64,000 bases of DNA. Origin: Methylotenera sp. Lineage in GTDB: Bacteria; Pseudomonadota; Gammaproteobacteria; Burkholderiales; Methylophilaceae. This document shows positions 50,307 through 61,088 of the stretch, piece by piece. Both the position numbers and the translations under genes were made by a program. Under the pieces are notes generated by a model. It made no database searches and had not been told where the DNA came from. It saw nothing but the letters and a program-made list of their open reading frames with translations. The stretch spans positions 12,345 through 76,344 of the forward strand of contig JAURWJ010000018.1 of NCBI GenBank assembly GCA_030655015.1. Reading direction: 5' to 3'. Numbering within the stretch: the first letter of the stretch is position 1; each line of letters begins with the position of its first letter.

Positions 50307-51329
50307 ATGACTTCATCTTTTAATAAACGGTTGGTTAACAAAGATCAGTCAGTACTGGTCAATCAGCAGCACACATTATCTTTGGCGCAAGAGATTTTGC
50401 AGCTTGAAGCGGGTGAAATAGACGCGCTCGCTAAACGACTTGATCACCACTTTAGTGATGCCGTTGCGCTCATTTTACAATGTAGGGGGCGCGTTGTTGT
50501 GAGCGGCATGGGTAAGTCTGGCCATATTGGTGGCAAAATAGCCTCTACATTTGCAAGTACTGGCACCCCTGCGTTCTTTATGCATCCTGCTGAAGCGAGT
50601 CATGGTGACCTGGGCATGATTACAGCAGGTGACATTGTGATTGCGCTTTCCAACTCTGGTGAAAGCGATGAAATTCTGGCCATTGTGCCGCCGCTTAAAA
50701 GGTTGGGTGCAAGCATTATTGCGATTACGGGCAACGATGCTTCCAGTTTGGCTAAAGCCGCAGATATTCATCTAAGCGCGCATGTGACAAAAGAAGCCTG
50801 CCCGCTAGGACTTGCGCCAACGTCAAGCACCACTGTTGCGTTAGCGCTGGGTGATGCGCTTGCATTATGCGTGCTGGATTTGCGTGATTTTACCGCAGAA
50901 GATTTTGCGCGCTCCCACCCAGGCGGGAGTTTGGGGCGGCGTTTATTAGTGCATGTGAGCGATTTAATGCGTACAGGAGACGGCACGCCGCAAGTGGCTG
51001 CTAATGCAACGCTTGCTGAAGGTCTGCTTGAAATGTCGCGCAAGGGCTTGGGTTTAACTGCTATTGTTGACGCCACGAATAAGCCGATTGGAATTTTTAC
51101 TGATGGTGACTTGCGCCGTGCATTTGAGCGCAATATCAACATCATGGGTGCCAGAATTTGCGATGTGATGCACGCTAACCCAACCACTATTCATCAGGAT
51201 CAATTGGCGATTGTCGCGGTTGAAATCATGGAGCAGCGTAAAGTCAATGGCTTGCTAGTCATCAACGAAGCAGGTGTGTTGGTAGGCGCGTTAAATATGC
51301 ATGATTTGTTATTAGCAAAGGTCGTTTAA
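50307..51329 (+). CDS. kdsD: Arabinose-5-phosphate isomerase (KpsF/GutQ)
   Basis: GMGKSGHIG, HPAEASHGDLG, SHPGGSLG, CBS pair. Confidence 0.93.
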   Translation: MTSSFNKRLVNKDQSVLVNQQHTLSLAQEILQLEAGEIDALAKRLDHHFSDAVALILQCRGRVVVSGMGKSGHIGGKIASTFASTGTPAFFMHPAEASHGDLGMITAGDIVIALSNSGESDEILAIVPPLKRLGASIIAITGNDASSLAKAADIHLSAHVTKEACPLGLAPTSSTTVALALGDALALCVLDLRDFTAEDFARSHPGGSLGRRLLVHVSDLMRTGDGTPQVAANATLAEGLLEMSRKGLGLTAIVDATNKPIGIFTDGDLRRAFERNINIMGARICDVMHANPTTIHQDQLAIVAVEIMEQRKVNGLLVINEAGVLVGALNMHDLLLAKVV

Positions 51330-51908
51330 GTGAATTTAGATGGTATGAACAAAGCGTTAACGATCAATGAAGACCTGATTAAGCGTTTACAAAATATCAA
51401 ATTATTGATATTGGACGTAGATGGTGTGATGACTGACGGTGGGCTGACTATTGGGGATGATGGGCTGGAATATAAAACTTTTCATGCGCACGATGGTTTA
51501 GGCATGAAGCTATTAAAAGCATCAGGCGTATCACTGGCCATTATTACTGGACGTACGTCTAATGTGGTGAAAAAACGTGCGGAGAGCACAGGTGTTGCGC
51601 ATTTTTACCAAGGCGCTGAGGATAAACTGGAAGCATTTCGAGATTTGATGCAATCTAGCGGTTTGCAAGCTGAGCAATGCGCCTTTATGGGAGATGATGT
51701 CGTGGATTTGCCGCCCATGCTGCAATGTGGTTTGGCTATCGCCGTGCCGGATTCGCCAACCTTGTTGTTAGAACGTGCACATTATGTGACGCGTAAAGCA
51801 GGTGGACGTGGTGCAGTGAGAGAGGTGTGTGAATTGATTATGCAAGCACAAGGGACATTTGATGCGCAAATGGCACAATTTTTAACACAAGCCAGTATTG
51901 CTAATTAG
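51330..51908 (+). CDS. kdsC: KDO 8-phosphate phosphatase
   Basis: LDVDGVMTDG, GDDVVD, GGRGAVRE. Confidence 0.93.
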   Translation: MNLDGMNKALTINEDLIKRLQNIKLLILDVDGVMTDGGLTIGDDGLEYKTFHAHDGLGMKLLKASGVSLAIITGRTSNVVKKRAESTGVAHFYQGAEDKLEAFRDLMQSSGLQAEQCAFMGDDVVDLPPMLQCGLAIAVPDSPTLLLERAHYVTRKAGGRGAVREVCELIMQAQGTFDAQMAQFLTQASIAN

Positions 51909-51960
51909 GTGAATTAACGGTAATGGTTGATGCAGTGTATGACGCGATGAGAAAACAGGC

Positions 51961-52740
51961 ATGGAGAAGCCGAACATGCATGTAGGGGCGGTGCGTTCTG
52001 TTATTGGATTTCCGCTGGCGCTACTTTTGCTCCTGGCCTTGCTTAGCTTTTGGATTGACAAAAGTGTACAGCCATCTGCGCCTAAAATTGATGGCAGTAG
52101 CCGACATGACCCAGATTACATCATGAGCAATTTTGTAACGACGCAAACTGACATTAACGGTGATTTGCGCTATAAACTAGCGGCGGTGGAAATGCGGCAC
52201 TTTCCTGATGACGATACCACGCATTTACAAAAGCCACGTTATACTCAGTTTGCCGTGGGAAAAGCTTATACCCAAGTAGAAGGTCTGCGCGGCTATGTAT
52301 CTGGTAATGGTGAGGAGGTCGAGCTTGTCGATAATGTGAAAGTGACACGACAGGCTTTTGCTGGCAAGGGTGAAATGACAATAGAAACGGATTACCTGAA
52401 AATTCGCCCCAATGACGAGTTGGTGACAACAGAAAGCCCTGTGATCATTAGACAAGCGCCTAAAACGGTGATTTATGCCACGGGGATGATTTATGAAAAG
52501 AAAAAGCGTACTGTGACCTTGCTACATAAAGTGCGTGCACATTATGAGCGGCCAATCACAGCAACTAACAAGACTAAGTCTGGCGTTAATAGTAAAATTA
52601 AACCTAGCGATCAGCTTGGCGCCAAGCCGGAAGTTCGTTCAGGCGCAAATAAAATCGAGTCAAATGCCAAGTCGGCAGCCGCTGACCAAACAGTAAAATC
52701 CAGCAGCACAGATACGCGCATTCGGAGACGCTATGAATAA
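51961..52740 (+). CDS. lptC: LPS export protein LptC
   Basis: Single N-terminal TM, HDPDY; position in the kdsC-lptC-lptA order. Confidence 0.88.
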   Translation: MEKPNMHVGAVRSVIGFPLALLLLLALLSFWIDKSVQPSAPKIDGSSRHDPDYIMSNFVTTQTDINGDLRYKLAAVEMRHFPDDDTTHLQKPRYTQFAVGKAYTQVEGLRGYVSGNGEEVELVDNVKVTRQAFAGKGEMTIETDYLKIRPNDELVTTESPVIIRQAPKTVIYATGMIYEKKKRTVTLLHKVRAHYERPITATNKTKSGVNSKIKPSDQLGAKPEVRSGANKIESNAKSAAADQTVKSSSTDTRIRRRYE

Positions 52741-53425
52741 GCCAGTAATCACCGCCCAACCCTATTTAATGATCAGCATGATGCTGTTTAGCTTGTCAAC
52801 GCTGAGTTTTTCTCATCAGGCATTAGCTGAGGCAGCCGATCGTGATAAGCCGATTGATTTGGAGGCGGATTCAGTCAAAGTGGATGATGCCAAGCAAATC
52901 AGCACCTACTCGGGTAATGTCATTTTAACGCAGGGGACGTTGATTATTCATGCAGATAAGCTCATCGTGCGCGAAGATAAAGAAGGTTTTCAGCACAGCA
53001 CCTCGCTGGGAAATCCCACCACGTTTAAACAAAAGCGCGAAGGTAAAAATGAGTATATGGAAGGCAGCGCGCAGCGTATTGAGTACGATGGGCGTATGGA
53101 TAAAGTGCAGCTTTATACCAAGGCTTGGGTAAAGCGCGGTGAGGACATCGTACATGGTGATTACATTATGTATGACGCCAATGCGGAGTATGCTGAAGTG
53201 CTTGGTGGCGGCTCCGCCACGCCAGGTGCGCCAAGTGGTCGCGTGCGTGCAATTATTCAGCCAAAAAATAAAAAAACACCGGCAACTGATGCGCCACCGG
53301 CTAAACCTGCAGAGCCGGCTGGTACAATCAAGCCTTCTAACCCGGTTAGCACTAATGATGTGGTGCCTGCTGTAAAAAATATGCGGTTTAGTCGTAGTTT
53401 AGAAGTTAGTTCTCAGCCCAAATAA
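52733..53425 (+). CDS. lptA: LPS transport periplasmic protein LptA
   Basis: [28 protein letters not shown]. Confidence 0.92.
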   Translation: MNKPVITAQPYLMISMMLFSLSTLSFSHQALAEAADRDKPIDLEADSVKVDDAKQISTYSGNVILTQGTLIIHADKLIVREDKEGFQHSTSLGNPTTFKQKREGKNEYMEGSAQRIEYDGRMDKVQLYTKAWVKRGEDIVHGDYIMYDANAEYAEVLGGGSATPGAPSGRVRAIIQPKNKKTPATDAPPAKPAEPAGTIKPSNPVSTNDVVPAVKNMRFSRSLEVSSQPK

Positions 53426-53438
53426 AGATATTAAGAAC

Positions 53439-54161
53439 ATGAGCGAACTCGTTGTAGAAAATTTGCGTAAATCTTACAAAGCACGTACCGTGGTGCAGGA
53501 TATTTCGTTGACCATCAAGAGCGGTGAGGTCATCGGCTTACTAGGCCCGAATGGCGCGGGAAAAACCACAAGTTTTTACATGATGGTGGGTTTGGTCACA
53601 TTAGATGCAGGTAAAATTTTATTGGATGGCAAAGACTTAAGCCATATGCCGATTCACATGCGCGCTAGGTTAGGCCTATCTTATTTGCCGCAAGAGCCTT
53701 CTATTTTTCGTAAATTAACCGTGTCTGAAAATATTCTGGCGATACTGCAATTGCAAGATATTTCTGAAGAAGCGATGGATGAAAAACTAGAATCTTTGCT
53801 CGAAGAGTTACATATTACGCATATTCGCGACAGTGCTGCCGTGAGTTTGTCTGGTGGCGAGCGCCGCCGTGTTGAAATTGCACGTTGCTTGGCTTCAGAC
53901 CCAAGTTTTATTTTGTTAGATGAGCCGTTTGCGGGGATTGACCCGATTGCGGTGATCGACATCCAACAAATTATCCGCTTTTTAAGCGCGCGTAATATTG
54001 GCGTACTGATTACCGACCACAACGTGCGCGAAACTTTAGGTATTTGTGATCGTGCTTATATTGTGAACGAAGGTCATGTATTTGCTTCTGGCATTCCAAG
54101 TGAAATTGTCGCTAGCAAAAGTGTTCGAGAAGTCTATTTGGGTAAAGATTTTCGTCTATGA
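53439..54161 (+). CDS. lptB: LPS export ABC ATPase
   Basis: [31 protein letters not shown]. Confidence 0.96.
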   Translation: MSELVVENLRKSYKARTVVQDISLTIKSGEVIGLLGPNGAGKTTSFYMMVGLVTLDAGKILLDGKDLSHMPIHMRARLGLSYLPQEPSIFRKLTVSENILAILQLQDISEEAMDEKLESLLEELHITHIRDSAAVSLSGGERRRVEIARCLASDPSFILLDEPFAGIDPIAVIDIQQIIRFLSARNIGVLITDHNVRETLGICDRAYIVNEGHVFASGIPSEIVASKSVREVYLGKDFRL

Positions 54162-55762
54162 AGCAAGGGCTACAGCTTAAATTCTCGCAAAATCTATCAC
54201 TGACACCACAATTGCAACAGGCGATACGCTTGTTGCAATTGTCGACATTAGAGTTAAATCAAGAAATTGATGTGCTCATGCAAACCAACCCTCTACTAGA
54301 AAGAGGGGATGACAACGAGGATGAATATGGCAACCCTACTGAGGTTGCCGGCGAAGAGGCCTCATTAACGGTGGCAGGTAGTTCAGTAGAAGCGGTACAG
54401 GAAGATAGCAAAACACAAAAAGATGAAGCTGTTGATCGTGAGTTTTCAGCGGATGACTTTGAAGTTAATGCAACAGAGTTAGGTGCAACGGCGTTAAATA
54501 CATCAGAGCCAAGTCAGCTTACCGAAACTCCAGAATATGAAGCAAGTGCGGACTTCCCTGATACATTTTCAGCTGAATTTAATGATGAATTTGATGAGTT
54601 TTCAAACGGTAGTCGCTGGGATGAAAACACTGCGCCAGCTGATGATGACAGCGATTATAAGCCACAAGAAACGTTGCAAATTAGCTTGCGTGAACACTTG
54701 CTATCACAGTTAAAGTTGATGCCGTTATCCGAGCGAGATCAATCTCTCACTATGTTGCTGGTGGATAGCATTAATGAAAGCGGCTATTTAGAAGCATCAC
54801 TCGAAGCGCTAGCCGAACAAATGCCACTGGAGCTTGAAATAGACGCGCTAGAGTTACAAACCGCCTTGCATCATGTGCAGCACTTGGATCCATTAGGTGT
54901 AGGGGCACGCAACTTAAGTGAGTGCTTACTACTGCAGTTGCAGGCAATGCCGGCAGAAACGCCAAATTTAGCATTGGCGCAATTGGTGGCTAAACACTAC
55001 CTGCCAGCACTCGGTGCGCGTGATTTTGTAAAGCTACGAAAAGAGTTGGGATGTGATGAGGCGACACTCAAGCAAGTGCAACAACTGATTACCAGCTTAA
55101 ATCCAAGGCCTGGCAGCGCGTTTACGTTAATAGGTTCTGAGCATTATATTCAGCATGAGGTGATTGTTAAAAAGGTCAAAGGTATTTGGATTGCCAGTCT
55201 TAATGATGGTGTGATTCCTAAACTTAAAATCAACCAGTTGTATGCGGGTATTTTAAAGCGTAATCGCGATAGCTCCAGCCAGTACTTGCAAAGCCAAATG
55301 CAGGAAGCCAAGTGGATGATTAAAAACATCCAGCAACGATTTTCAACGATTTTGCGTGTGTCACAGGCCATTGTTGACCGCCAGCGTAACTTTTTAGAAT
55401 ATGGCGAGGTAGCCATGCGACCATTGGTGCTGCGCGAAATTGCGGATGAACTGGATTTACATGAATCTACCATTTCGCGGGTGACAACCAGTAAATACAT
55501 GCTCACTCCGCGTGGCTTATTTGAGCTTAAATATTTTTTTGGCAGTTCTGTAGCAACCGATAGTGGAGGTACTTGTTCAGCTACGGCGATACGTGCCCTG
55601 ATTAAGCAATTGGTCGAGCAGGAAAATCCTAAAAAGCCGTATTCAGATAATCAAATTACAGCTTTGCTAGCTAAGCAAGGCATTGTGGTGGCACGGCGTC
55701 CCATTGCAAAATATCGAGAGTCACTCAATATTGCGCCAGCAAGTTTAAGAAAATCATTTTGA
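54158..55762 (+). CDS. rpoN: RNA polymerase sigma-54 factor (RpoN box variant [10 protein letters not shown])
   Basis: [28 protein letters not shown]. Confidence 0.95.
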   Translation: MKQGLQLKFSQNLSLTPQLQQAIRLLQLSTLELNQEIDVLMQTNPLLERGDDNEDEYGNPTEVAGEEASLTVAGSSVEAVQEDSKTQKDEAVDREFSADDFEVNATELGATALNTSEPSQLTETPEYEASADFPDTFSAEFNDEFDEFSNGSRWDENTAPADDDSDYKPQETLQISLREHLLSQLKLMPLSERDQSLTMLLVDSINESGYLEASLEALAEQMPLELEIDALELQTALHHVQHLDPLGVGARNLSECLLLQLQAMPAETPNLALAQLVAKHYLPALGARDFVKLRKELGCDEATLKQVQQLITSLNPRPGSAFTLIGSEHYIQHEVIVKKVKGIWIASLNDGVIPKLKINQLYAGILKRNRDSSSQYLQSQMQEAKWMIKNIQQRFSTILRVSQAIVDRQRNFLEYGEVAMRPLVLREIADELDLHESTISRVTTSKYMLTPRGLFELKYFFGSSVATDSGGTCSATAIRALIKQLVEQENPKKPYSDNQITALLAKQGIVVARRPIAKYRESLNIAPASLRKSF

Positions 55763-55920
55763 GATTTTTTTAAACATTAAGCTTTAATAAAGTCCGCAAA
55801 AATTTCTCGTTTTCCTTAGCACAGAGGCGATTTAACGTAGTAAACTGAAATTGTTCGACAAGCTTTGGATTTTATAAACAGGATTCAAACTTGAAGGATA
55901 CTTAACAAAAGGAGCAAGTC

Positions 55921-56247
55921 ATGAATTTACAATTAACTGGTCATCATTTAGAAGTAACCCCTGCTTTGCGCGATTATGTCACAAGCAAATTAGTCCGAAT
56001 TAGCAACCACTTTGACCATGTAATCGATGTCAAAGTAACGTTGAGTGTTGAAAAGCTCGCCCAAAAGGTTGAAGCAACACTGCACGTGCCTGGTAATGAC
56101 TTACACGCTGAGTGCCAAGATGAAAATATGTATAGCGCAATTGATATGTTGACCGACAAACTTGATCGCCAAGTGGTGAAACACAAAGAAAAAAATGCCG
56201 ATCATCACAAAACAAATGGTGCCGTTAAGCATCAACAAGTTGATTAA
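55921..56247 (+). CDS. hpf: Ribosome hibernation promoting factor (HPF/RaiA)
   Basis: TGHHLEVTPALR, MYSAID..KLDRQ. Confidence 0.92.
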   Translation: MNLQLTGHHLEVTPALRDYVTSKLVRISNHFDHVIDVKVTLSVEKLAQKVEATLHVPGNDLHAECQDENMYSAIDMLTDKLDRQVVKHKEKNADHHKTNGAVKHQQVD

Positions 56248-56279
56248 GTAATAATTTCTATCTAGTAATTTGTCAAATT

Positions 56280-57224
56280 ATGGCTCAAATTAACGTCGCT
56301 GAGCTATTCAAACAAACCCGCCGTAAGCTCAAACTGAGTTGGGTAGCAGGGCTTAACGGCGGGTCTAATACCCTCACTAGCGAAACAGTCACTAAACCTT
56401 CGTTGGCACTCATAGGTCATCTTAACTTTGTACACCCTAATCGCGTACAAGTGTTGGGGTGTGCTGAAATGGACTACTTGCGTAGTTTGCCGCCAGATGA
56501 GGCGATAGGTGCGATTGAAAACCTATACTCTACTGATTTAGCTGCAGTGATAGTGGCGAATGGTGAGAAAGTACCTAAATCACTTTCAGTTGCAGCAAAC
56601 AAACACGCTACGCCACTTTTTACCTCAACCCTGCGCAGTCCTGAACTAATGGAGGTTCTAAGCCATTTTTTGGCACAAGCCATGGCCGACTCTGCAAGTT
56701 TGCATGGCGTTTTTATGGAAGTACAGGGCTTTGGTGCCTTGATTAAAGGTGAAGCGGCCATTGGTAAAAGCGAGCTCGCACTGGAGTTGATTACGCGTGG
56801 GCATCGACTCATTGCTGATGATATTGTTGATTTTTACCGAACCTCTCCTGATCGTGTTGAAGGCCGTTGTCCACCGTTGTTGCAAGATTTTTTAGAGGTG
56901 CGTGGCTTAGGCATTTTAAATGTCCGCGCGTTATTTGGTGACAATTCAGTGAAGCCCACCAAGCCGCTGGACTTGATTATTCAGCTCGAAATGGCAGATA
57001 AGCTGGCACCACAGAATCTTGATAGGCTGAGTATTAAAACGCAACATGAAGAAGTGTTGGGACTAAAAGTATCCAAGGTGCATATCCCCATTGCTGCAGG
57101 TCGCAATATTGCGGTATTGGTTGAAGTAGCCATTCGCAACCACATGCTATTGTTGCGTGGAATTAATGCGACTAAGCAATTTACGCAGCGCCAGCAGCGC
57201 GAGATGAAAAAGAACAGAACTTAA
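56280..57224 (+). CDS. hprK: HPr kinase/phosphorylase
   Basis: LHGV, GKSELALEL..GHRLIADD, LEVRGLG, GRN. Confidence 0.93.
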   Translation: MAQINVAELFKQTRRKLKLSWVAGLNGGSNTLTSETVTKPSLALIGHLNFVHPNRVQVLGCAEMDYLRSLPPDEAIGAIENLYSTDLAAVIVANGEKVPKSLSVAANKHATPLFTSTLRSPELMEVLSHFLAQAMADSASLHGVFMEVQGFGALIKGEAAIGKSELALELITRGHRLIADDIVDFYRTSPDRVEGRCPPLLQDFLEVRGLGILNVRALFGDNSVKPTKPLDLIIQLEMADKLAPQNLDRLSIKTQHEEVLGLKVSKVHIPIAAGRNIAVLVEVAIRNHMLLLRGINATKQFTQRQQREMKKNRT

Positions 57225-57233
57225 AATTTCAAG

Positions 57234-58100
57234 ATGAAACAATTGGTGATTGTCACAGGCCTTTCAGGCTCAGGTAAGAGTATCGCGTTACGGGCGCTTG
57301 AAGATAGCGGCTACTATTGTATTGATAATTTGCCGGCCACGATGTTGCCGCAAATTGCCGATCACTTGCAATCAAAAAATCACGATACTACACAGCTCGA
57401 TACCGAGAGCCATGATCGCGTGGCGATTAGTATTGATAGCCGCACCGCCGCAATTGAGACCTTGCCAGCCCATATTGAGCATCTAAAAACACAGCATATT
57501 GATACCAAAGTGTTGTTTCTTGAATCCAATGTTGAAACTTTGGTAAAAAGATTCAGTGAAACACGCCGCAAACACCCTTTAAGTAAAGATTCAACGACAC
57601 TTGCTGAAAGCATTGCCTCAGAGCGCGAGCTGTTAAGCGGTTTAGGCAGTTTGGGGCATGTGATTGATACCAGCCACCTCAGCGCCAATACCTTGCGTGG
57701 CTGGGTGAAAGATGTGGTTGCAAGTGAGCACACAGGCTTAACGCTACTCTTTACCTCATTTGGATTTAAGCATGGCATCCCGCTCGATGCCGACTTTGTC
57801 TTTGATGTACGTTGCTTGCCAAATCCACATTATGACCCCCTATTACGTGACCTCACAGGGCGAGATGCGCCGGTACAGGCTTTTTTACAGGACCATGCCA
57901 TGGTCAATGAAATGCTTACCGATATCCGTCATTATGTAGAAAAATGGCTACCTTGTTTTGTGATGGATAACCGCAGTTATGTCACGGTAGCCATTGGTTG
58001 TACTGGTGGGCAACATCGTTCAGTCTATTTTGTAGAGCAACTAAGTCAATACTTCAGATTGCGGCAAGAGGTATTGACTCGACATCGAGAATTAAAATAA
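57234..58100 (+). CDS. rapZ: RNase adapter RapZ (YvcJ family)
   Basis: GLSGSGKS, SFGFKHG, DVRCLPNP, GCTGGQHRSV. Confidence 0.93.
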   Translation: MKQLVIVTGLSGSGKSIALRALEDSGYYCIDNLPATMLPQIADHLQSKNHDTTQLDTESHDRVAISIDSRTAAIETLPAHIEHLKTQHIDTKVLFLESNVETLVKRFSETRRKHPLSKDSTTLAESIASERELLSGLGSLGHVIDTSHLSANTLRGWVKDVVASEHTGLTLLFTSFGFKHGIPLDADFVFDVRCLPNPHYDPLLRDLTGRDAPVQAFLQDHAMVNEMLTDIRHYVEKWLPCFVMDNRSYVTVAIGCTGGQHRSVYFVEQLSQYFRLRQEVLTRHRELK

Positions 58101-58165
58101 AGCAATATCCCCGCACTTGTAACAGGTTTTTAACTAGCACTTAAGTTTTTAAAGTAGAGAAAATA

Positions 58166-58576
58166 ATGATCGGTATTTTAATCATCGCACACGGCAGTTT
58201 AGGCGAGAGCTTGATGCTTTGCGCAAAGCATGTCATAGGTAATACGCCCAAGCAAGTGGCTTTTATAGGCGTGAATACCCAAGATGACCCCAGCGTTATA
58301 TTGCCTAAGGCACAAGCCTTGGTGGCTGAGCTTAATAGTGGGGAAGGTGTTTTGGTGCTTTCAGACATGTATGGCGCAACCCCCTGTAATATTGTCAGTA
58401 AGTTATTAAAACCAGGTGTGATAGAAGGCGTTGCCGGTGTAAATATGCCCATGATCGTGCGTACCATGACCTATCGGCATGAATCGCTATTGGCATTGGT
58501 AGAAAAAGCCGTGAGTGGTGGGCGTGAAGGTGTGGTGCATTTCGACCAGGAACATTGCGACAGGTATGAGGCATAA
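58166..58576 (+). CDS. PTS EIIA, mannose/fructose family
   Basis: IIAHG, DMYGATPCN, GVNMPM. Confidence 0.9.
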   Translation: MIGILIIAHGSLGESLMLCAKHVIGNTPKQVAFIGVNTQDDPSVILPKAQALVAELNSGEGVLVLSDMYGATPCNIVSKLLKPGVIEGVAGVNMPMIVRTMTYRHESLLALVEKAVSGGREGVVHFDQEHCDRYEA

Positions 58577-58638
58577 CACGTGATTCGGTTGTTAGTATCA
58601 ATGACTGGGTTAAATATAAATGACTGGGTTAAATTTAA

Positions 58639-58908
58639 ATGATTAGCAAAGAACTAGAAATTGTCAATAAATTGGGGCTACATGCACGTGCATCGACTAA
58701 GCTTACGCAAACGGCTAGTAAGTTTTCCAGTGAGATATGGATCACCCGTAATGGTCGCCGCGTGAATGCTAAAAGCATTATGGGCGTGATGATGTTGGCA
58801 GCAGCTAAAGGAGCTGTGGTCACCTTGGAGACGAATGGGCCAGATGAAGAGGCTGCAATGGAGGCCCTAACGGCGTTGATTGCCGGTTACTTTGGTGAGG
58901 GCGAGTGA
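58639..58908 (+). CDS. ptsH: HPr-family phosphocarrier
   Basis: NKLGLHARAS, NAKSIMG. Confidence 0.9.
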   Translation: MISKELEIVNKLGLHARASTKLTQTASKFSSEIWITRNGRRVNAKSIMGVMMLAAAKGAVVTLETNGPDEEAAMEALTALIAGYFGEGE

Positions 58909-58931
58909 TTCCTCATGAGCGAAATTTTAAA

Positions 58932-60680
58932 ATGACCAGCTTTAGCATTCACGGCGTAGGCGTTTCTAGCGGGATTGCCATTGGGCAAGCGCACTTGGTT
59001 TCTAACGCACTGTTAGAAGTCGTGCATTACCAATTGCCTAAACATTTAATTAACGATGAAATTAAACGTTTTAGTGACGCAATTGCCACTGTTAAAGCTG
59101 ACTTGGAGCAAATTAACAGCAGTTTGCGTAAAAATGCTCCGGCTGAAATAAGTGCATTTATTAGCACGCATTTGATGATGCTGGAAGATAAATCATTATC
59201 TGAAATCCCCAAAGAGATCATCAAAAATGAACAATGCAATGCCGAATGGGCAATCAAGCTGCAAATGGACGACATTGTTGACCAGTTTGAACAAATTGAA
59301 GATGAGTATCTGCGTGAGCGCAAGCAAGATGTCATTCAAGTGGTTGAACGTATTATTAAAGTATTATTGGGGCATCAAAACCAATTAACTTCAGCGCAGC
59401 AGACCAGTGTTTTGCTTCAAGAGCGTAAGCTTATTTTGGTGGCACGCGATATTTCACCGGCAGATGCCATTCAATTCAAGCAGCATCAATTTGCCGCATT
59501 TATTACCGATGTAGGCGGCGCCACCTCACACACGGCTATTCTGGCGCGTAGCCTTAACATCCCTTCTATAGTTGCGCTACAGCGTGCGCGTGATTTAATC
59601 AATGATGGTGAGTTGATTATTGTAGATGGCGATATAGGTGTTGTCATTGTTAATCCCTCTAAAGAGATTTTGGCAGAATACAAACTGCGCCAAGAGCAGT
59701 GGGAGCTAGAGCAACAAAAACTTCAGCGCATTAAAACCACCAAAGCGATCACGATAGATGGCACGGTTATTGAGTTGTTTGCCAATATTGAAGTGCCTGA
59801 AGACGTTGCGGCTGCTAAAGCGGCAGGGGCTACTGGTATAGGCTTATATCGTACCGAATTCTTATTTATGAATCGGCGTGATATGCCTGATGAAGAAGAG
59901 CAGTTCATTGCCTATAAAGCTGTGGCACTGGCCATGAAAGGCGCGCCAGTCACTATTCGCACCTTGGATTTAGGTGCAGATAAGCAAATAAACCCCGACA
60001 GCGTGGTGAGTTGTGCTAATCCAGCGTTAGGATTACGTGCTATTCGTTTATGTTTAGCTGAACCGCATATTTTTCATACACAGTTGCGCGCCTTATTACG
60101 CGCCTCGTATTTTGGCCATGTTAAGATTTTAATCCCGATGCTATGTACGCTGGCAGAGTTACGCCAAACTAAATTGCTATTAGAACGCGCTAAACAAAGT
60201 TTACGTAAAGACAACATTCTGTTTGATGAAAACATTGCGCTGGGGGGGATGATAGAAATCCCCGCCGCCGCCATCAATGCTGAAGCCTTTGCCAATGAAC
60301 TAGACTTTTTGTCTATAGGCACTAACGATTTAATTCAGTATACCTTGGCGATTGATCGTACGGATGACGCGGTTGCCCATTTATATAATCCGTTGCATCC
60401 CTCCGTACTGAAGTTGATTTCGATGACGATTAAAGCTGGCGCTAAGCTTGAAAAATCAGTGTCGATATGTGGTGAAATGGCAGGTGATGCCAAGATGACC
60501 AAACTTCTCATTGGTATGGGTTTGCGACAATTTTCGATGCACCCTTCGCACATTCTTAGTATTAAGCAGCAGGTTTTACACAGTCAATTAGAACAACTGG
60601 ATACACAGGCGCGCAAAGTGCTTGGGTTGACGGATATAGAAAAAATTGAACCACTTGTGGCTAAGTTTAATCAACTATAA
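58932..60680 (+). CDS. ptsI: PEP-protein phosphotransferase (enzyme I)
   Basis: GGATSHTAI, GLYRTEF, SIGTNDL, CGEMAGD; ATG 58932 (GTG 58905 possible). Confidence 0.93.
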   Translation: MTSFSIHGVGVSSGIAIGQAHLVSNALLEVVHYQLPKHLINDEIKRFSDAIATVKADLEQINSSLRKNAPAEISAFISTHLMMLEDKSLSEIPKEIIKNEQCNAEWAIKLQMDDIVDQFEQIEDEYLRERKQDVIQVVERIIKVLLGHQNQLTSAQQTSVLLQERKLILVARDISPADAIQFKQHQFAAFITDVGGATSHTAILARSLNIPSIVALQRARDLINDGELIIVDGDIGVVIVNPSKEILAEYKLRQEQWELEQQKLQRIKTTKAITIDGTVIELFANIEVPEDVAAAKAAGATGIGLYRTEFLFMNRRDMPDEEEQFIAYKAVALAMKGAPVTIRTLDLGADKQINPDSVVSCANPALGLRAIRLCLAEPHIFHTQLRALLRASYFGHVKILIPMLCTLAELRQTKLLLERAKQSLRKDNILFDENIALGGMIEIPAAAINAEAFANELDFLSIGTNDLIQYTLAIDRTDDAVAHLYNPLHPSVLKLISMTIKAGAKLEKSVSICGEMAGDAKMTKLLIGMGLRQFSMHPSHILSIKQQVLHSQLEQLDTQARKVLGLTDIEKIEPLVAKFNQL

Positions 60681-60705
60681 GCCAGGCTATTTTGAAAGGA
60701 TACCC

Positions 60706-61062
60706 ATGACTACCGAAGCCAATACTCAAATGATCGTTACCCCTAGCGGCGATGATAAAAATATTGCGACCATCACCCACTTGTGTGGCACGGTGTTTTC
60801 ATTTATCCCGGCGTTGATTGTTTGGATACTCAAAAAAGACGATAGTGCCTACATTGCAGATCAAGCCAAAGAAGCTCTGAACTTCCAAATCACCGTACTA
60901 TTAGCGCAATTTATTGCGGGTGTTTTAGTATTTATTTTAATTGGCTTTTTATTCATGCTCATTATTTGGGTGATTAACATTGTTTTCTGCATTATTGCCG
61001 CCATCTCTACCAGTAAAGGTGAAAATTATCGCTATCCACTTACTTTACGTTTGATCAACTAA
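60706..61062 (+). CDS. DUF4870 membrane protein
   Basis: QAKEALNFQIT, GENYRYP. Confidence 0.85.
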   Translation: MTTEANTQMIVTPSGDDKNIATITHLCGTVFSFIPALIVWILKKDDSAYIADQAKEALNFQITVLLAQFIAGVLVFILIGFLFMLIIWVINIVFCIIAAISTSKGENYRYPLTLRLIN

Positions 61063-61088
61063 TAAAAATAATTTAAGGATTTCCTGCT

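Noticed and set aside
55810-55835. Sigma54 promoter upstream of hpf
   Set aside because: TTAGCAC lacks the invariant GG and there is no properly spaced TTGC
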